Assembly (NCBI GenBank): GCA_035559535.1
Contig: DATMBG010000044.1
Coordinates: forward strand, 62,001 to 126,000
DNA: 64,000 nt
Direction: 5' to 3'
From: Candidatus Limnocylindrales bacterium
GTDB taxonomy: Bacteria; Moduliflexota; Moduliflexia; Moduliflexales; JAUQPW01
This document shows positions 46,933 through 57,484 of the stretch, in pieces. Under the pieces are notes generated by a model. The model saw only the letters and a list, made by a program, of their open reading frames with translations. It was not told the origin of the DNA and did not search any database. The position numbers and the translations under genes are program-made. Position 1 is the first letter of the stretch. Every line of letters begins with the position of its first letter.

Positions 46933-47643
46933 ATGTACTTTGAAACCAGGAATATCCGGGTGCTTTATGACCGGGTCATAGCCCTTCGAGGGGTTTCCAT
47001 AGCTTTGGGGCAAGGCGAGATTGTGACTCTAATTGGAGCCAATGGGGCAGGAAAAACAACGACCTTGCGTGCCATTACCGGTTTAACTAAAATCAGTTCC
47101 GGCGAAATCTGGTTTAATGGACGACGTATTGACGGTCTCCCACCTCAAAAAATTGTTGCCTTGGGAATCTCCATGGTACCCGAAGGAAGACATATATTCC
47201 CTTACATGAATGTCAAAGATAATCTCCTCATGGGAGCCTATCTCCGGAAGGATAAGAAGGGTATTATGGAGGATCTGGAAAAGATCTATGCCCGTTTTCC
47301 CCGTCTCAAGGAGAGACTGCGCCAGCAGGCAGGCAGCCTTAGTGGCGGTGAACAGCAAATGCTGGCCATTAGTCGGGCCTTGATGGCAAGACCCAAGCTC
47401 CTCCTGCTGGATGAACCTTCTTTAGGCCTTGCCCCTATGATGGTCAGGGAAATCGCCAGGGCTATCCTGGCTATAAATAAAGAAGAAAACGTAGGTGTTA
47501 TCCTGGTAGAACAAAACTCCCGAATGGCCTTAAAGATCTCATCCAAAGGATATGTCCTGGAAAACGGACAGATTGCACTGGAAGACGCCTCCCGGAATCT
47601 TATCCATAACGATCATGTGAGGAGGCTTTACCTGGGAGGATGA
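46933..47643 (+). CDS. ABC ATP-binding protein, LivF-like
   Basis: GANGAGKTT, VPEGR, LSGGEQQM, LDEPSLGLAP, LYLGG. Confidence 0.94.
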   Translation: MYFETRNIRVLYDRVIALRGVSIALGQGEIVTLIGANGAGKTTTLRAITGLTKISSGEIWFNGRRIDGLPPQKIVALGISMVPEGRHIFPYMNVKDNLLMGAYLRKDKKGIMEDLEKIYARFPRLKERLRQQAGSLSGGEQQMLAISRALMARPKLLLLDEPSLGLAPMMVREIARAILAINKEENVGVILVEQNSRMALKISSKGYVLENGQIALEDASRNLIHNDHVRRLYLGG

Positions 47644-47863
47644 GTTTTTACTTCCAGGCCATAGCCTCCCCCCCTATAGTTCTGAGAATCCCGACAATAT
47701 TCTTAATCTACTTCCTGTTTCAGGGGAAAAGGATTACCTTAAAGAAGGGTTTCATTTAAAAAAATGAGATTTATCTTATTTAAGAGAGCTATTTAAGTTC
47801 ATACCCCTGCAAGGATAAGTTAAAATCCCATTAACGCCTAAGCTTAGGGAGAGGAGGAAGTTT

Positions 47864-48589
47864 ATGAGTTTATCCATCTCCAGTTTACTGGAACCCATCA
47901 CGGAGCCAGAAGTCCTGGAAAGTATTAAGGCCCTTCCTACCGAGGACGATCTGCCCTACGATGATGGAGAGCCTATGGAGTCAGACCAACATCGGGAGCA
48001 GATGAATATTCTGATCGACTCCCTCAAGGTACATTGGTCGGATCGTGAAGATTATTTTGTAGGTGGGAATATGTTTTTGCATTATGATCCAGAAAATAGA
48101 ACCAAATTTCGAGGTCCAGATTTTTTCTTGGTCCTTGGGGTGGAAAGAAGAAAGCGAAGGAAGAGTTGGGTGGTATGGCGAGAGGGAATGAAGTTTCCAA
48201 ATGTAATCATAGAGTTATTATCGGACAGCACGCGGAACGAGGATAAAGGAATGAAGAAGGAATTATATGAGAAAGTATTTCGGACGGAAGAGTACTATCT
48301 CTATGATCCCCATAGCCAGGAGTTTATTGGGAATCACTTAAAGGTCGGGCGATATGAGGAAGTAATGCCCGATCAGGAGGGGAAGATTTATTCGCCTGTA
48401 ACCGGTTTGTATCTGGCTGTCCGGGGAGAATGGCTGAGATGGCTGACCCCCGAGGGGGTTATCTTACCGACCCCTATGGAATTAGCAGAACAAGAAAAAC
48501 AACGGGCAGAACAAGAAAAACAACGGGCAGAACGAGCTGAACAATTACTTGAAGAATATCGACGTCGTTTCGGTGACCTGAATCTATAG
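47864..48589 (+). CDS. Uma2 family (DUF820) PD-(D/E)xK nuclease-like protein
   Basis: DDGEPMES, GPDFF, VIIELLSDST...DK, EYYLYDP; C-terminal (AEQEKQR)x2 encoded by a 21-bp tandem repeat. Confidence 0.9.
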   Translation: MSLSISSLLEPITEPEVLESIKALPTEDDLPYDDGEPMESDQHREQMNILIDSLKVHWSDREDYFVGGNMFLHYDPENRTKFRGPDFFLVLGVERRKRRKSWVVWREGMKFPNVIIELLSDSTRNEDKGMKKELYEKVFRTEEYYLYDPHSQEFIGNHLKVGRYEEVMPDQEGKIYSPVTGLYLAVRGEWLRWLTPEGVILPTPMELAEQEKQRAEQEKQRAERAEQLLEEYRRRFGDLNL

Positions 48590-48610
48590 GCTTTGATTAC
48601 CTTTCCGATT

Positions 48611-49099
48611 TTATTCGATTTTCACCCGTCCGGTATTGTTGACTATGACTTTTCGTTGTTCACCTTTGGAGTTTTGAAGAATAATAGTACCTGTGCTCGC
48701 GCCACCTTTAGGAGTAAAGGTAATCTTGCCTGAACTGGGAGTACTAACAATGAAAATTTCCTTATACTCCGCATCCAGCACTATTTGTCCGATAGAATCT
48801 AGAATTCGATTAACTCCGCCAGGGTCCTGGACGATCTGATAAAAATTCCCCTGGTTTTTGTCTTTGATCTGGAGTTGATAAGAAACCCCTTCGTATACCG
48901 CCGAAAGCCGGGCCTGACGTAGATGATTGGCCAGTGTATAGGCGGCTGTTTTAAGCCGATATGTATGAAGCCAGTCTGTAAAGTTAGGAACCGAGATGAC
49001 TAAAAATAATCCGAGGATGGAGAGAATAAGGATGAGTTCTAAAATGGAAAAACCCCGGGTTTGGTCAAACGAAAACATGAAAAGAGGATAAATCCTCAA
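48611..49099 (-). CDS. FimT/GspH-like minor pilin/pseudopilin
   Basis: Prepilin cleavage motif RG|FSILEL; ARLSAV; ITFTPKG; VNNTGRVK. Confidence 0.8.
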   Translation of the reverse strand: MRIYPLFMFSFDQTRGFSILELILILSILGLFLVISVPNFTDWLHTYRLKTAAYTLANHLRQARLSAVYEGVSYQLQIKDKNQGNFYQIVQDPGGVNRILDSIGQIVLDAEYKEIFIVSTPSSGKITFTPKGGASTGTIILQNSKGEQRKVIVNNTGRVKIE

Positions 49100-49227
49100 G
49101 GTTTTTAAAAACCTTAAAGGTTTATGGATCTGTCATCCACAAATTAACATAACTCCTTGGATCCTGGAGTCCTTTCAGGTCTATACAAGGATCTAGGTTG
49201 GATCCTTCTTTGTTCGGTGCTAATTTT

Positions 49228-50121
49228 TCAATACGTTCGTGATACGATAAACTCCCCAAGCTCTCGCAAAGGTTGAGCCGATTCTCCAAAACTTATGAGG
49301 GCTTGTTGAGCTTTTTTGGCCAGCTCCTGGGCCAGCTTCTTAGATTTCTCCAACCCGTATAGAGCCGGGTAAGTGGCTTTTTCCCTCGCTGCATCGCTTC
49401 TGACATCTTTTCCGGTTTCCTCGGTCGTTCCCTCAACATCCAGAATATCATCTACAATCTGAAAGCAGAGGCCGATACAGGTACCATATTCGGTAATGGC
49501 TTTGAATTGCTCTGCAGTAGCATCCGCCAGCAAGGCCCCTACGCGCAGAGAAGCTAAAAGTAATTTACCGGTTTTATGGGTATGGATATACTCGAGGGTT
49601 TTAGGGTCCAGGTCTCTTTTCCCTTCCGATAAAATATCCATAACCTGACCCCCAATCATGCCGAGAGTACCTGCAGCCAGGGAGATTTCATGGATAGCAG
49701 ATAAAAGGGTTTCGGCTTTGAAGGTTTTCAGATTTTCGGGTTGAGAGAGGACTTCAAAAGCCAGAGTCAGTAAAGCATCCCCTGCCAGAATCGCCATGTT
49801 CTCTCCAAAAATCTTATGATTGGTAGGTTTGTTCCGCCGGAAATCGTCATTATCCATAGAAGGCAAATCATCATGGATGAGGGAATAGGTATGAATGAGC
49901 TCGATGGCACAGGCTGCAAAAAGGACCGATTCTGGATTTCCTCCGACCGCTTCGGCGGCAGCTAAAGTAAGAATAGGTCTGAGGCGCTTGCCCCCTGCAA
50001 ATACACTGTAACGCATGGCCTGGTGAATGATAGAGGGATATTTAGATTCTTTAGGAATATAATGTTCCAGGGCCCTATCAACCAATTCCCGTCGTTGGGT
50101 CATGTAGGTTTTTAAATCCAC
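49228..50121 (-). CDS. ispA: Farnesyl diphosphate synthase
   Basis: GGKRLRP, SLIHDDLPSMD, GQVMD, KTG, FQIVDDILD. Confidence 0.93.
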   Translation of the reverse strand: MDLKTYMTQRRELVDRALEHYIPKESKYPSIIHQAMRYSVFAGGKRLRPILTLAAAEAVGGNPESVLFAACAIELIHTYSLIHDDLPSMDNDDFRRNKPTNHKIFGENMAILAGDALLTLAFEVLSQPENLKTFKAETLLSAIHEISLAAGTLGMIGGQVMDILSEGKRDLDPKTLEYIHTHKTGKLLLASLRVGALLADATAEQFKAITEYGTCIGLCFQIVDDILDVEGTTEETGKDVRSDAAREKATYPALYGLEKSKKLAQELAKKAQQALISFGESAQPLRELGEFIVSRTY

Positions 50122-50180
50122 TTTTTGTAAGGGTGAAGAAGGAGGAACGATAGAGAGATCTACCCTTCTTCCTTCCTCCT

Positions 50181-53100
50181 TTATCCTTTACCCTTTGTGC
50201 AGGCTGTGATGGTTTCCAGCAGCCTTGCTTTTTTTATAGGTTTGGTCAGATATGTCGTACACCCGGCCTTCAGACTTTTCTGCTCATCCTCCTTAAGGGC
50301 ATGGGCAGTCAATGCAATGATGGGGGTAGGGGCAGGTTTCAAACCCAACTTTATCTGCTCACTCTCCCACTCCCGGATCATTTTGGTGGCCGTATATCCA
50401 TCCATTACAGGCATTTGCATATCCATCAATACAAGATGGTAGTCTCCGGATTTAAACTTTTCAACAGCTATCTCACCATTTTCAGCTACCTCTAATTGAT
50501 AAGGGGTTTTTTTGAAATAAGATTGGATGAGTAGCCGGTTATCCGGGGAATCTTCGACCAACAAAATACGAAGGACCGGCAGGGATTCTTCTCCCTGTTT
50601 GGGAAAAACTTTACCTTCGTCCCAGGCCTGTGAAGGGATCGTATCACAAGTAAGCCTGGCACCTGGGACGGCAAGGTTATTCTGTACAGAGGGATCTTTC
50701 CATTCAACAGGTCTCCCCTCAGGCATGGATCTTCTTGTTTTATCGGTACGATTTAAAGCAGTTAGAATGGTCTCCAGTAAATCCGATCGTTTGATCGGTT
50801 TAAGCAGGCAGTTTGTGATTCCCAGCTCTCGGCACCGAACCATATCCCGGCCTCGATTATCTGAAGTAAGCATCAAGATGGTCGCAGGGATAATTCCTGG
50901 AATTTTCCGGACTTCTTCCATAACTTGAAATCCGTTCATACCCGGCATGCGACCATCGAGTAGCAGCAATTCATAAGGGACTCCAGCTTCTCCAGCCCGT
51001 CGAAGCTCTATAAGCCCTTGTTCCCCATCTTCAACTTCTGTTACCTGAGCCCCCCATCTCTTAAGGGTTTCCCTCAAAATCATGCGATTGGTTGCATTAT
51101 CATCCACTATCAAGGTTCTGAGTCCTTTTAAATCTGTAACAGAACTGGATGGCTGCGCCGATTCTATGGGAGAGATCTCCCCTTTCTGGGTTTGAATTTC
51201 AAATCGAGCCGTAAAGGAAAAGGTACTTCCTCGACCCATTTCACTTTCCACCCAGATATGACCTCCCATCAATTCCACCAACCGCCTGGAGATGGCAAGT
51301 CCAAGTCCTGTTCCTCCATATTTACGGGTGATAGAAGAGTCGGCCTGGGTAAAACTGTCAAAAATTGTATCGAGTTTCTCCGGTGGAATCCCTACGCCTG
51401 TATCTGAGACGGAAAACAGCAAAAAGACCGAAGTCCCAACATGGAGATCCGAAAATAGAAACTCACCTTCAGAACTTTTAACTCTGGATTCCGGATTTCC
51501 GACCCTTTCAATACGTAATACGATTTCCCCCCGTTCGGTAAACTTGATGGCATTACCCAGGAGGTTCATGAGAATCTGGCGTAAGCGATGGGGATCCCCC
51601 ATGAGGTGAACAGGTACCTCCGACCCAATCTGATAGGCCAGTTCAAGACCTTTTTCCTGGGCACGTAGAGCTATTAGTTCAACAGTTCTTTCTATGAGTT
51701 TTTCCAGATCAAAGTTAATATTTTCAAGTTCAATATGGCCGGATTCTATTTTAGAGAGATCCAAAATATCGTTAATAAGAGTGAGAAGTGTGTTTCCGGC
51801 TTTCCTTAAAATACCTACATACTCTTGCTGCTCGGGTGTTAAGGGGGATTCCCAGAGCAGGTCGGCAATACCGATAATGGAGTTCAAAGGGGTGCGGATT
51901 TCGTGGCTCATATTAGCCAGGAATTCACTCTTGGCACGGCTGGCGGATTCGGCAGCTTCTTTGGCCTTGTGTAATTCTTCTTCCGCCCGCTTCCGTTCGG
52001 CCAGTTCCTGCTGAACCGAGGTATATAAGCGGGCATTATCCAGAGCGAGGGAAGCTAGCTGGGCAAATTGGCTTAACAATAAGATTTCATCCTCTTTGAA
52101 GATGCGACCTTCCTTCACATAAGCCAAACCAATAACTCCCACAACTTGAGAATTGGATCGAAGCGGTGCTGCCAGAACCGCATGGAATCCGGCGGTATCA
52201 AAAGCCGACAGACGACCGGACCAGGTCTGATAATCTTCCACGGCCAAAGGCTGACCGGTCTGCCAGATGGTTCCGGCTACACCCTCCCCCGGTCTCAGGC
52301 GATAACCGACATATTTATTGTAAACACCTATCCCCACCTTCAAGACCATCTCGGTCCCTTCCGGCTCAGCCAGATAGATAAATCCATGGGGTGTACCCAG
52401 AAGGGCTCCGGCACGTGCAATAAGAACTTCAAGGAGATTTGCCAATTCCAGATGATTCATTAAGGCGAGGGTGGTTTCATGCAGAGCAGCCAGGTATTCA
52501 TTCCGTTGAAGTAGATTTTCTTCTATCCGTTTCCGTTCCATGATCTCACGCCCGAGCTTTTGATTGGCCAGTTCAACTTCTCCGGCACGAAGCCGCGCCA
52601 TCTGAATCAGATGAACCGTCCAGGCAAGCAAAAAAGTCATTACAATTCCCACACCGAGTCCTACTTTAGGAAGAGAAGACTGCTCCATAGCCAGTAACTT
52701 CGGTCTCGGCCATACCCGTATTCGCCAGGTAACCCCATAAAGATCCATTTCCGTTTCATGACCCCATTCTTTTTCATATAGCCTATCCTTATCATAAAAA
52801 CCATAAATTTCTTCTTTATTTTCGAAAATGGCCAGAGAGTATTTAGAGGTTATATCAGGGGATAAGATAGCATTCAGCAAGGCAGGAATATGAAAAACAC
52901 CGGTTATAAATCCCTCAAAGTTTTTTCCTCTGAAGAGAGGTAAATAAACCGAAAACCCCTTACCCCCCTGGACCAAATCCACCGAAGGGGTAAAGGTTAT
53001 TTTATGATGGTCCCGGGCCCTTTCCAAGGCCTGCCGCTGTCTTTCCTCAAATCCGAGATTCAAACCCTGCAGGGCCTCATTTCCTTCCAGGGGGGCAACC

Positions 53101-54050
53101 CATTGTATGTAAAACGAGGGATCTACCCATCCCAGGGCAAGAGAACCGGAATAATGACCAATATAAAACTCTGCCTCGGACTCCCAATATTCTTTAACCG
53201 GCTTTCCTTCTCTCTCCCAGCGGTTGGCTATATGGACAAGACCCAGGATTCGGGTTCTAATTTCCGATGTGATTTGATTTTTGATGGTGATTGCGGTTGT
53301 TTCAATCATCTGTTCAATTTGAGCATGGTCCTGTACCCGAAGGGCCTGCCATAAAACAAGGGCAATTGTTAAAGTACCGATACCGACAGGAATCGGAAGC
53401 CACCGGGGTAGGCGAGTTCTCTCCATTCTACTATCGTGCCATGCAAAGGCAAAGATACCCAGACTGAGAACTACAAATCCGATTGCTGTGTGAAGGGCCA
53501 TATGACGCCACCAACCATAAAGTTCCTTCATATTAATGAGATATCCTAGAAGTGCCATTATTCCAAGAGCACCGATAATGGAACTCAAAAACCCTAAAAT
53601 GAGAGGACGTTGCTTGAGCCGTATGGGTATGCCTGTAAGTAATAAGGCAACTCCGGTGAATACAAAGCATAGAGCAGTACTGGAAGCCATAACTATGGGG
53701 TAGGGCACATCGATCTGGATATCAGGACTTGTCAGAAGCCGGTTACTCCCTAACTTTGCATCAAAACTATTTTGAATGAGGGTTAGAAAACCTATCATCA
53801 AAACTATTCCCCCACAGATCCGGGTCAACCAGAGCTTACCCAAAGCTACGGCCAATAATCCCAGGCCACAGAGAAGAAACCCCAGAGCAGTATGATAATG
53901 CATGGGTATAAAGTTCGGTGATATCTGCAATAAGGTCAGGTTATGGGTATACCATCCTGTTAAGACCACCAATCCTAACAGGGTAGAGGCAATACCCACA
54001 GCTAGCACTATGAAATCAGATCCATAGGCAAATATTTTTTCTCTTCTCAT
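50181..54050 (-). CDS. Hybrid sensor histidine kinase (multi-TM, CHASE-like, GAF, HisKA, HATPase, two receivers)
   Basis: [39 protein letters not shown]1 VDD...LLDGRMP; REC2 VED...LMDMQMP. Confidence 0.94.
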   Translation of the reverse strand: MRREKIFAYGSDFIVLAVGIASTLLGLVVLTGWYTHNLTLLQISPNFIPMHYHTALGFLLCGLGLLAVALGKLWLTRICGGIVLMIGFLTLIQNSFDAKLGSNRLLTSPDIQIDVPYPIVMASSTALCFVFTGVALLLTGIPIRLKQRPLILGFLSSIIGALGIMALLGYLINMKELYGWWRHMALHTAIGFVVLSLGIFAFAWHDSRMERTRLPRWLPIPVGIGTLTIALVLWQALRVQDHAQIEQMIETTAITIKNQITSEIRTRILGLVHIANRWEREGKPVKEYWESEAEFYIGHYSGSLALGWVDPSFYIQWVAPLEGNEALQGLNLGFEERQRQALERARDHHKITFTPSVDLVQGGKGFSVYLPLFRGKNFEGFITGVFHIPALLNAILSPDITSKYSLAIFENKEEIYGFYDKDRLYEKEWGHETEMDLYGVTWRIRVWPRPKLLAMEQSSLPKVGLGVGIVMTFLLAWTVHLIQMARLRAGEVELANQKLGREIMERKRIEENLLQRNEYLAALHETTLALMNHLELANLLEVLIARAGALLGTPHGFIYLAEPEGTEMVLKVGIGVYNKYVGYRLRPGEGVAGTIWQTGQPLAVEDYQTWSGRLSAFDTAGFHAVLAAPLRSNSQVVGVIGLAYVKEGRIFKEDEILLLSQFAQLASLALDNARLYTSVQQELAERKRAEEELHKAKEAAESASRAKSEFLANMSHEIRTPLNSIIGIADLLWESPLTPEQQEYVGILRKAGNTLLTLINDILDLSKIESGHIELENINFDLEKLIERTVELIALRAQEKGLELAYQIGSEVPVHLMGDPHRLRQILMNLLGNAIKFTERGEIVLRIERVGNPESRVKSSEGEFLFSDLHVGTSVFLLFSVSDTGVGIPPEKLDTIFDSFTQADSSITRKYGGTGLGLAISRRLVELMGGHIWVESEMGRGSTFSFTARFEIQTQKGEISPIESAQPSSSVTDLKGLRTLIVDDNATNRMILRETLKRWGAQVTEVEDGEQGLIELRRAGEAGVPYELLLLDGRMPGMNGFQVMEEVRKIPGIIPATILMLTSDNRGRDMVRCRELGITNCLLKPIKRSDLLETILTALNRTDKTRRSMPEGRPVEWKDPSVQNNLAVPGARLTCDTIPSQAWDEGKVFPKQGEESLPVLRILLVEDSPDNRLLIQSYFKKTPYQLEVAENGEIAVEKFKSGDYHLVLMDMQMPVMDGYTATKMIREWESEQIKLGLKPAPTPIIALTAHALKEDEQKSLKAGCTTYLTKPIKKARLLETITACTKGKG

Positions 54051-54268
54051 AACGTCTTTTCGAAAAGGCGGGATAAAGGAGTCAGTCTTAATATTCCTGC
54101 CTTTTGATCCAGGATTAATCCTATAGTTCTCTGGATTCTTTGGAACTCAGGGCAAGATATCGCTTATAAAAGCCATAAGGAGATCCGGGCCTCTTGGAAG
54201 GTCAGATAGTCTTCAGATCACAGGAAGCGAAGAATGGAGGCGTTCCCTAAAAAAGAAGATCCTTCGAG

Positions 54269-54535
54269 TTATTCAGGGAGGATTTCTTCTTCCTGAATTT
54301 CATAGCTCTCGGTCAAGACCTCTTTGACTTGAAAGGGTATTTTTTCCGGTTTTCCATCCTTGATATTTAAAAGCAGTTCGATCCGTTGTTCAGCTTCTTC
54401 CAGTTGTTTTGTACAAAGCCTGGATAGTTTGATTCCTTCCTCAAAGATCTCTAAAGATTTATCCAGAGGTAAATCCCCGCGTTCCAGTTGCTCAACGATC
54501 TGTTCCAGTTTTTGTAAGGCTTCTTCAAATTTCAT
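54269..54535 (-). CDS. xseB: Exodeoxyribonuclease VII small subunit
   Basis: KFEEALQKLEQIV..LERGDLPL...FEEG. Confidence 0.95.
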   Translation of the reverse strand: MKFEEALQKLEQIVEQLERGDLPLDKSLEIFEEGIKLSRLCTKQLEEAEQRIELLLNIKDGKPEKIPFQVKEVLTESYEIQEEEILPE

Positions 54536-55874
54536 GGTTTTTCTCCTCTACACGACAAATAACTTTGCCTTTGCTTAATTGAACAATGACTTTATCATTT
54601 ATTTGAACCTCCGTGGCATCCTTCAAAGGGGTTGGATCAGAGACCTTATAGCATATGGCATATCCTCGCCCTAGCATAGCCAGAGGGCTCAGGGCCTCCA
54701 GCTTTCCCAATATCTTCTCCAATTGAGATCGCTTAGTTTCAAGAGAATAATGTTGACTTTGAACCAGTCGTACATGCAATTCTTTTACCTTTTGGAGAAA
54801 TTGTCGGAGAGGTTCCAGGGGATTCTTTAAAATCAGGCTTCGATACAGGTAGAGGTTTTTATCCTGGGAGTGTTTCAATTTGTGTCGAAAGTTAAGAACC
54901 AATCGATGCTCCAGGTCATCTACCCGTTGTTGGTATTCACTGATCCGCTGACGAGGATCCCTAAGCCCCTTCATGACTTCACCGAGGTGACTTTTCGTCA
55001 GTTGAAGTTTCTTCCGGCAGGCATTTTTCAATCGGATGGTTAAGGCATCCAATTTTTCTATGAGATCGGCTTTGTTTTTAACCACCATTTCCGCAGCGGC
55101 GGAAGGGGTTGGAGCCCGCAGATCTGCCACTAAATCGGCAATGGTAAAATCAATTTCATGTCCTACGGCTGAGATGACAGGAATGCGGGAGGCGTAAATA
55201 CTCCTGGCTACAATCTCTTCGTTGAAGGCCCATAAATCTTCAATGGAGCCACCTCCACGCCCTACGATTAAAACATCCACTCCCTCTAAGGTGTTAAATT
55301 CTTCTATGGCTTTGGCAATTTCATAAGGAGCGGTTTCCCCCTGAACATGGACGGGATAAATAAGAATCTCGACATTAGCGAATCGTCGCTGAATCACTTT
55401 TAAAATATCGCGGATGGCTGCCCCTGTGGGGGAAGTTACAATTCCTATCACTCTGGGAAAGGCTGGAATAGGTTTTTTATGGGCCGGGTCAAACAAACCC
55501 TCCGCGGCCAATTTCTTTTTTAACTGCTCAAAAGCTAATTGAAGGGCCCCTAATCCCTTAGGCTCCAGATACTCTACGATAAGCTGGTATTCTCCCCGGG
55601 GTCCATATACCGAGACGATTCCTCCAGCTATAACCTCAATGCCATCTTCTGGTTGAAATTTCAGATGATTCATCCGGCTCCGATAGAGAATAGCTTTTAA
55701 TTGGCTGTCTTCATCCTTTAAAGTAAAATAGACATGCCCCGACATGGGAGTTCTAACCCCGGAGATTTCTCCGGTAACCCAGACCCCTTCAAAATTGGCT
55801 TCGAGAATATCTTTAATTTCGTAAGTCAGTTCCGTAACGGTATAAATTTTTCGCTCAAAAAGTTCGGGTATCAT
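54525..55874 (-). CDS. xseA: Exodeoxyribonuclease VII large subunit
   Basis: SGHVYFTLKD, VTSPTGAAIRD, GRGGGSIEDLWAFN, VGHEIDFT, APTPSAAAE. Confidence 0.97.
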   Translation of the reverse strand: MIPELFERKIYTVTELTYEIKDILEANFEGVWVTGEISGVRTPMSGHVYFTLKDEDSQLKAILYRSRMNHLKFQPEDGIEVIAGGIVSVYGPRGEYQLIVEYLEPKGLGALQLAFEQLKKKLAAEGLFDPAHKKPIPAFPRVIGIVTSPTGAAIRDILKVIQRRFANVEILIYPVHVQGETAPYEIAKAIEEFNTLEGVDVLIVGRGGGSIEDLWAFNEEIVARSIYASRIPVISAVGHEIDFTIADLVADLRAPTPSAAAEMVVKNKADLIEKLDALTIRLKNACRKKLQLTKSHLGEVMKGLRDPRQRISEYQQRVDDLEHRLVLNFRHKLKHSQDKNLYLYRSLILKNPLEPLRQFLQKVKELHVRLVQSQHYSLETKRSQLEKILGKLEALSPLAMLGRGYAICYKVSDPTPLKDATEVQINDKVIVQLSKGKVICRVEEKNHEI

Positions 55875-56089
55875 GCATTTCTCCAGGAATATAATATAAT
55901 GTTCTGTTTAACTATCCTATCTACTTAGGGCTTATCATGCTTAGAGTACCTTGTCAATGAATTTCGGCATTATAATCCCAGGCTCGTGCAAATGGTGCTT
56001 GACATCTATCAACTTTGATGGCATCGTTGTAATGTATGCAAAGTTAATGGCCCATCACCTTTATTTCAAAGGATCAGGGAGGAGGATAG

Positions 56090-57400
<1,311 letters not shown>

Positions 57401-57404
57401 AGCC

Positions 57405-57482
57405 TAAAATCCAAAGTCCAAAGTCCGAAGTTAAGCTAACTCAGGACTTTGGGCTTTAGACTTTGGACTTTGGACTTTGATT
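57405..57482. repeat. Heptamer tandem arrays in inverted arrangement
   Basis: (AAGTCCA)n ... (GGACTTT)n, e.g. AATCCAAAGTCCAAAGTCCGAAGT / GGACTTTGGGCTTTAGACTTTGGACTTTGGACTTTG. Confidence 0.85.
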
Positions 57483-57484
57483 GT

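Noticed and set aside
47864-48589. Uma2 gene as part of a defence system
   Set aside because: Stand-alone, with no methyltransferase or other defence genes; such genes are commonly scattered in multiple copies
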